A stretch of DNA of 63,044 nucleotides, the filler included, from Lenisia limosa (Eukaryota; Protista; Breviatea): the NCBI GenBank assembly GCA_001655205.1. It is 10 parts of 10 records of this genome, joined end to end, with 100 filler letters (N's around TTAATTAATTAA, not from the genome) between each part and the next. Parts side by side here need not be neighbours in the genome. Positions count along the whole stretch, not along the records: positions 58,480 to 60,991 come from LPNZ01009581.1; positions 61,092 to 63,044 come from LPNZ01007347.1; 8 more parts are not named here. The stretch is one strand, 5' to 3'. The notes under the pieces are model-generated. The model had not been told where the DNA came from, searched no databases, and saw nothing but the letters and a program-made list of their open reading frames with translations. Position numbers and translations under genes: made by a program. Numbering within the stretch: the first letter of the stretch is position 1; the number at the start of each line of letters is the position of its first letter. Positions 58,630 to 63,044 of this stretch are shown here, piece after piece.

Positions 58630-60990
58630 AGGCCCCCGATTTTGGACCGGTTCGCACAGTGTCCAAATCGACCCATACTACCTATGTAACCACTTGTAGG
58701 CGAAGCGTAGTGTGGGAACAATTGGATTGGAAACAAGTGTAACTCGAGGGGGCAAAGTGTAATAAGAAGGGGATGGCAGGTTAGATACTCGCGATAAGTC
58801 CTGATACGATTAACTAAAGATATCTACATCATTGGCTACATATTTTCATTTGGTGATGGAAGGGCATACACTTGCAATAATTTATTACTCAATAGGTCGT
58901 TTTACAGTATGGCCACACAACAAACATTGTTTTTGTTTTATTTCTCATCCAGATATCTACAATTTTTTATTCGCGATAAGATCTGGTACGATTAACGAAC
59001 ATATATATCATATCACTTTTTGGATCATTTCACACATGTGAACTATTATTTTCCACGCGGTGATATGGTACCTCATATCCACTCGTATCAACGAAACGGC
59101 CATATGGTCATATCACTAGTGAATATGGGTTAACATACAGCCGCACTTTTTTTATTCTCCAGGGGATGGCAGGGTCTATGGTTGCGGCTACAGTCCCCAT
59201 GGCCAACTTGGTATTGATGCCACCACGTCTCTTGTGAGAGAAATCTCCGTGCTAGGTGATAAGAAGGTGGGTATGGAGGGGTATTGTTATTGTTTCCCTG
59301 CGGTCCCAAAAAAAAGACTGAATTTTTCGATAAATCCTCGACAAATCCTCGACAAATCCTCGGTAAGTCCTCGACAAATCCTCGACAAATCCTCGACAAA
59401 TCCTCGATAAATCCTCGATATATCCTAGATAAATATCGATAAATCCCAAATAAATCCTCGATAAATATCGATAAATGTCGCTATGTTACCGGTCTTTTTC
59501 GGACCGTAGGAAAGCCCTTGGTATGATGAAGGCATGAGGCTTTGTTTGTTTGGAGTTTGGAGTTGTACGCTTTGTTTGTTGTTATCAACCCTCGTGTGTT
59601 CAACTGAGTTGATTTTGGGTTCTATTTTTTTTTCATAAATTTTCCAATTTTACCCCCTTCAGTTCGTGATTAGAACCTCTAAGCCAATATTCTTCATCGA
59701 AATTTTCTTCNNNNNNNNNNNNNNNNNNNNNNNNNNNNNNNNNNNNNNNNNNNNNNNNNNNNNNNNNNNNNNNNNNNNNNNNNNNNNNNNNAACGTCTAT
59801 GTTCTAGGCGCCAACACATACGCTCAGCTTTGTCTGACAGCGTCAAGTAAAGTAATTACTTACACGCTGGTAGGAAGAGGGGCTGTTTTGCATTAATATT
59901 TATTGAAAATAGGACCATAAATATATTTGCAGTAAATCGAAGCTTAATCATAAAGATCGGGCGGTGAAACCGGGCACAAATAAGCATGTGACCAAAATAT
60001 ACACACAAACTCATATCATGTATACATATGATATAGTATGATATATTATATGATATAATATATGTGGATTGGCACCTTATAGTTGACCAATGCTTTTCTC
60101 GCAAAGGAAGGCCTTTCTGAGAATCTCACCTTTTAGTTGACAGACGCTTTACTGGCAAATAAGGTCCTTTCTGCCCACTGCACTTTAACGAACTGCATTT
60201 TCGTGACCGGTGAGTTATCTAATTTTATCTGTGTTGTTTTTTTTTGTGGGTGGGTGGGGAGAGCGTTTCTGTGGTTTTGTAGCTATTTTGGGGGGAGGGG
60301 GGCTAAGTATTAGTTAATCAGTTTCTTTGGGTGGAGTGTAGAGAAATTAGTGTGTTACCAGAAAGTAATATTACCGAAAAGTCTCAATGATACTCTGATG
60401 TACTCGAGATGAACCCTCATGTTATCTTCGTTTTTCTTTTCGAATCGAAAGTCGGTTATATGGTCACATCACCAGCGGTCAATGTGACAACAAATGATAT
60501 TAGTTGCTTCACTTCGGTTCGAAAAACTGCATTTCTCAATAAATCCTCGAAAATTATCGATATTTTTCCGGGTTTGGTTTTTGAACCGAAGTAAAGCTCT
60601 AGATATCAGTCNNNNNNNNNNNNNNNNNNNNNNNNNNNNNNNNNNNNNNNNNNNNNNNNNNNNNNNNNNNNNNNNNNNNNNNNNNNNNNNNNNNNNNNNN
60701 NNNNNNNNNNNNNNNNNNNNNNNNNNNNNNNNNNNNNNNNNNNNNNNNNNNNNNNNNNNNNGCCTTGGTGACGCCAATCCGACCCCTGTGGACAAAAGCA
60801 CTCCAACCAGCATTACTGCCCATTTTCCTTTTGCTATTGATGAGGTTGGTGATGATGATTGTGATGGTGATGGTAGTGAAAAATGTTGTTGTTGCAAGTC
60901 AACAAAGTTGATTTTCGGCATTTTTATGTTTCCTAAATTCTCTCATTTTACCCCCCATAGGATCTTCAAATTACAGTAGGGTCGCACTAC
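58630..60990 (+). CDS. RCC1-repeat protein, partial
   Basis: VRTVSKSTHTTYVTT|WDGRVYGCGYSPHGQLG, NVYVLGANTYAQLC, LGDANPTPVDKSTPTSI. Confidence 0.75.
59296..59517. mobile_element. Family A beta MITE with internal tandem expansion of an 11-mer
   Basis: CCCTGCGGTCC...(AAATCCTCGAC/T) repeated about 8 times plus variants...GGTCTTTTTCGGACCGTAGGAAAGCCC. Confidence 0.9.
60505..60598. mobile_element. Family A hairpin MITE, intronic
   Basis: GCTTCACTTCGGTTCGAAAAA...TTTTTGAACCGAAGTAAAGC. Confidence 0.85.
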
Positions 60991-61630
60991 TNNNNNNNNN
61001 NNNNNNNNNNNNNNNNNNNNNNNNNNNNNNNNNNNTTAATTAATTAANNNNNNNNNNNNNNNNNNNNNNNNNNNNNNNNNNNNNNNNNNNNTTTGAATGA
61101 CTTTCATAGAGAGGGGTGTCCGAAATTAGTGTCGCTAAAGAGCCTCAAAGTGAGGTTGAGCTCACTCCCACAACCCCAAATGAAGAAGTTCAAGATGACG
61201 TAAGCTGACTAACATGAGATGATGATTGGATGGAATTTATTTAATATATTACCAGAGAGCAATGTAATGTTATTGGATTCTCCAATGAAACAGTTTTCTT
61301 TTTCCACATCCAAGATAACCCTCAAAGGTAGCAGTTCCTCTGGGACAGGTTTCAGCCGAATCAGCAGTCAACATCAATGCCACTTTGACAAAGAACTTCT
61401 TGACAGGCTTTGTGAGCTGCTGGCTTTTTTGTTTTCCCGTGATAATCTTTTTTGATCCTTTTGAGCTTTTTTTTATTTTATTTAAATTATAACTATTTTT
61501 TTTTAAAAAAAAGAATCCTGTAAGCGCTCCCTAATTAGAGTCACTTTCGTAATTATTGATATTTAAAGAGGATTTATATCAAATTCTTTTGTATTATTTT
61601 TGGAATGAATATGCTGGGTTACCCAATCCT

Positions 61631-62790
61631 AGACCCTTCCGGTAGTTTTCAGAAAGGACCAACTCAAAGCACTTCTCTTGCTCTTCAAGGAAAACAAGGA
61701 AGACATTATCAAGGTATGTGTGGCATTATCAAAGTTTCGCGGGATGGGGGGGTATTATAGAATAAGATTCATTCGCCCCAGTATTTACCCTTTAGGCCGT
61801 GCGAACAGACTTGGGCAAAGGTAACGCGTTCGAAGCCACCATCACTGAGTGGAACATGGTAGTCACAGCCATTGTGAGGGGTCTTTTGAATGTGACTATT
61901 TGACCACCAAAAAAAATGTAATATGGGGATGTATGTGTCTTATTTGAACTTTGAAATATTTGACTTTTTAACAATACAAAAAGAAATCTGCTACCTATGT
62001 ATTTGACTTTATAGAAAGAAGCCATAGATCATGTCAAAAAATGGGCCTCCACTCAAACAGTGAGTTTTAGTGGAACCGAAAAGCTATGTGAAAATATCGA
62101 TATTTCTGCGAATCCATCGAGAGAATCATTCTCATTGTGGAGCACTGACCTTGACACACCGCAGAAATACACCCCAATGTCAGCCAAGCCAGCCTCAGCC
62201 TATGTCCGTCACGAGCCGAAAGGAGCCGTTTTGATCATGTCTCCCTGGAATTACGTGGGGAGTAGTGTGTTGTGTAGGAGTCCATGCATTTTATGAAACC
62301 AATACTACTCTTAATCTTCGCGTTATTTTAGCTGTCATTGATGGCTTTGTTTGTTTTCATCCCACTTACCCAGTGTAGCCTGTCAACCTCGCTATTGTTC
62401 CTTTAGTGGGCGCTATTGCAGCGGGATGTACAATTTGCCTCAAAATGTCCCCGTATTCCGCCAATGCCTCTGCATTAATGAAAACGTGGGTGGGAGTATG
62501 GTTGCCTATCATAGAGAAGTGATAATCATTTAAGGTGCCTGTTTCTTGTTACGAAGGATTTTTAGTCTTTTTTAACTATCATGAACAATAAAATATATCG
62601 GGCTGCATTTTCCATAGTTTATTCGAAATATAGTGAGTTATGAAGATCATATTCGCAATAATAGTATTCTCTAAATTTGTTTCTTATTTATTGTTAACGT
62701 ATTAAAGCTATTCATCTTCCGTGAGAATATTATTATTAAGCGTCCATCAGTTATTACCTGGCTAAACGATTAGGCTGCTTGAGAAGTATC
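61631..62790 (+). CDS. Aldehyde dehydrogenase, ALDH3/fatty-aldehyde type, N-terminal part
   Basis: FRKDQLKALL..ENKEDIIK|AVRTDLGK..FEA..TE|KEAIDHVKKWA|..AYVRHEPKGAVLIMSPWNY|PVNLAIVPLVGAIAAGCTICLK|LLEKYLD; all joins GT-AG and in phase. Confidence 0.92.
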
Positions 62791-63044
62791 TGGACAACCG
62801 AATGGTGTGCGTTGAGTTTGAAGGTGCGCGGATAAAGCTCTTTCTGTCATGTCACGGAATTGTTGTATTTTTGAGAATTGTGAAGCACTGTTCAAACACA
62901 ACTTGAAATATCATAGTTGGGGCTTGTGCTCTATTAAAAAAAGAGGATCATGAAGAACACTCAGTTCTAGTACTGATTAAATTTGTGATAATCGATAGGT
63001 ATCGGTTGGTTCTATATAATATAGGTGGAGGCACATGAGTGTGG

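Noticed and set aside
59330-59470. CRISPR-like array
   Set aside because: Contiguous 11-mers without unique spacers, inside a MITE in a eukaryotic intron; no cas genes
11153-61048. Nine identical TTAATTAATTAA motifs as a biological repeat, and gene neighbourhoods across them
   Set aside because: Always embedded in N-runs; this is a standard six-frame-stop scaffold linker, so cross-linker adjacency is artificial
62043-62056. GGGCCTCCACTCA as a second copy of the 4007 hairpin end
   Set aside because: It is ALDH coding sequence (KWASTQT) with no partner arm
1-63044. rRNA or tRNA genes
   Set aside because: No cloverleaf, box A/B pair or conserved rRNA segment recognised by eye; tRNAscan-SE and Infernal were not run

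Overview
Eukaryotic (protist-like) nuclear DNA from a gappy draft. About ten unrelated scaffolds are concatenated with N-flanked TTAATTAATTAA linkers, so adjacency across linkers is artificial. Genes are intron-rich, which makes the six-frame ORF track mostly misleading. Genes I can rebuild by hand: a complete RAD6/UBC2-type E2, a deoxynucleoside-kinase/NDUFA10-like protein, legumain (C13), an ALDH3-type dehydrogenase, an RCC1-repeat protein, a RasGAP-domain protein, a MAP70-like coiled-coil protein, a Cys-rich multi-pass membrane protein, two IS630-Tc1-mariner/pogo-type transposase relics and several unknown proteins. The NDUFA10-like gene hints at an amoebozoan, but this is inference only. 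The most unusual signal is the intron system. (1) A non-palindromic repeat family (B, about 15 copies) is always on the sense strand of its host gene and, where the end is visible, runs into the C-rich 3' splice site. (2) Introns tend to start with G-runs and end with C-runs. (3) 21-33 nt micro-introns, one with a GT-TG boundary, coexist with introns of about 1 kb. (4) Two TA-flanked hairpin MITE families (A, C) and a UUCG-loop repeat (D) populate introns and gene flanks. No rRNA, tRNA or CRISPR array is supported. All family assignments come from manual motif recognition; no database search was run.
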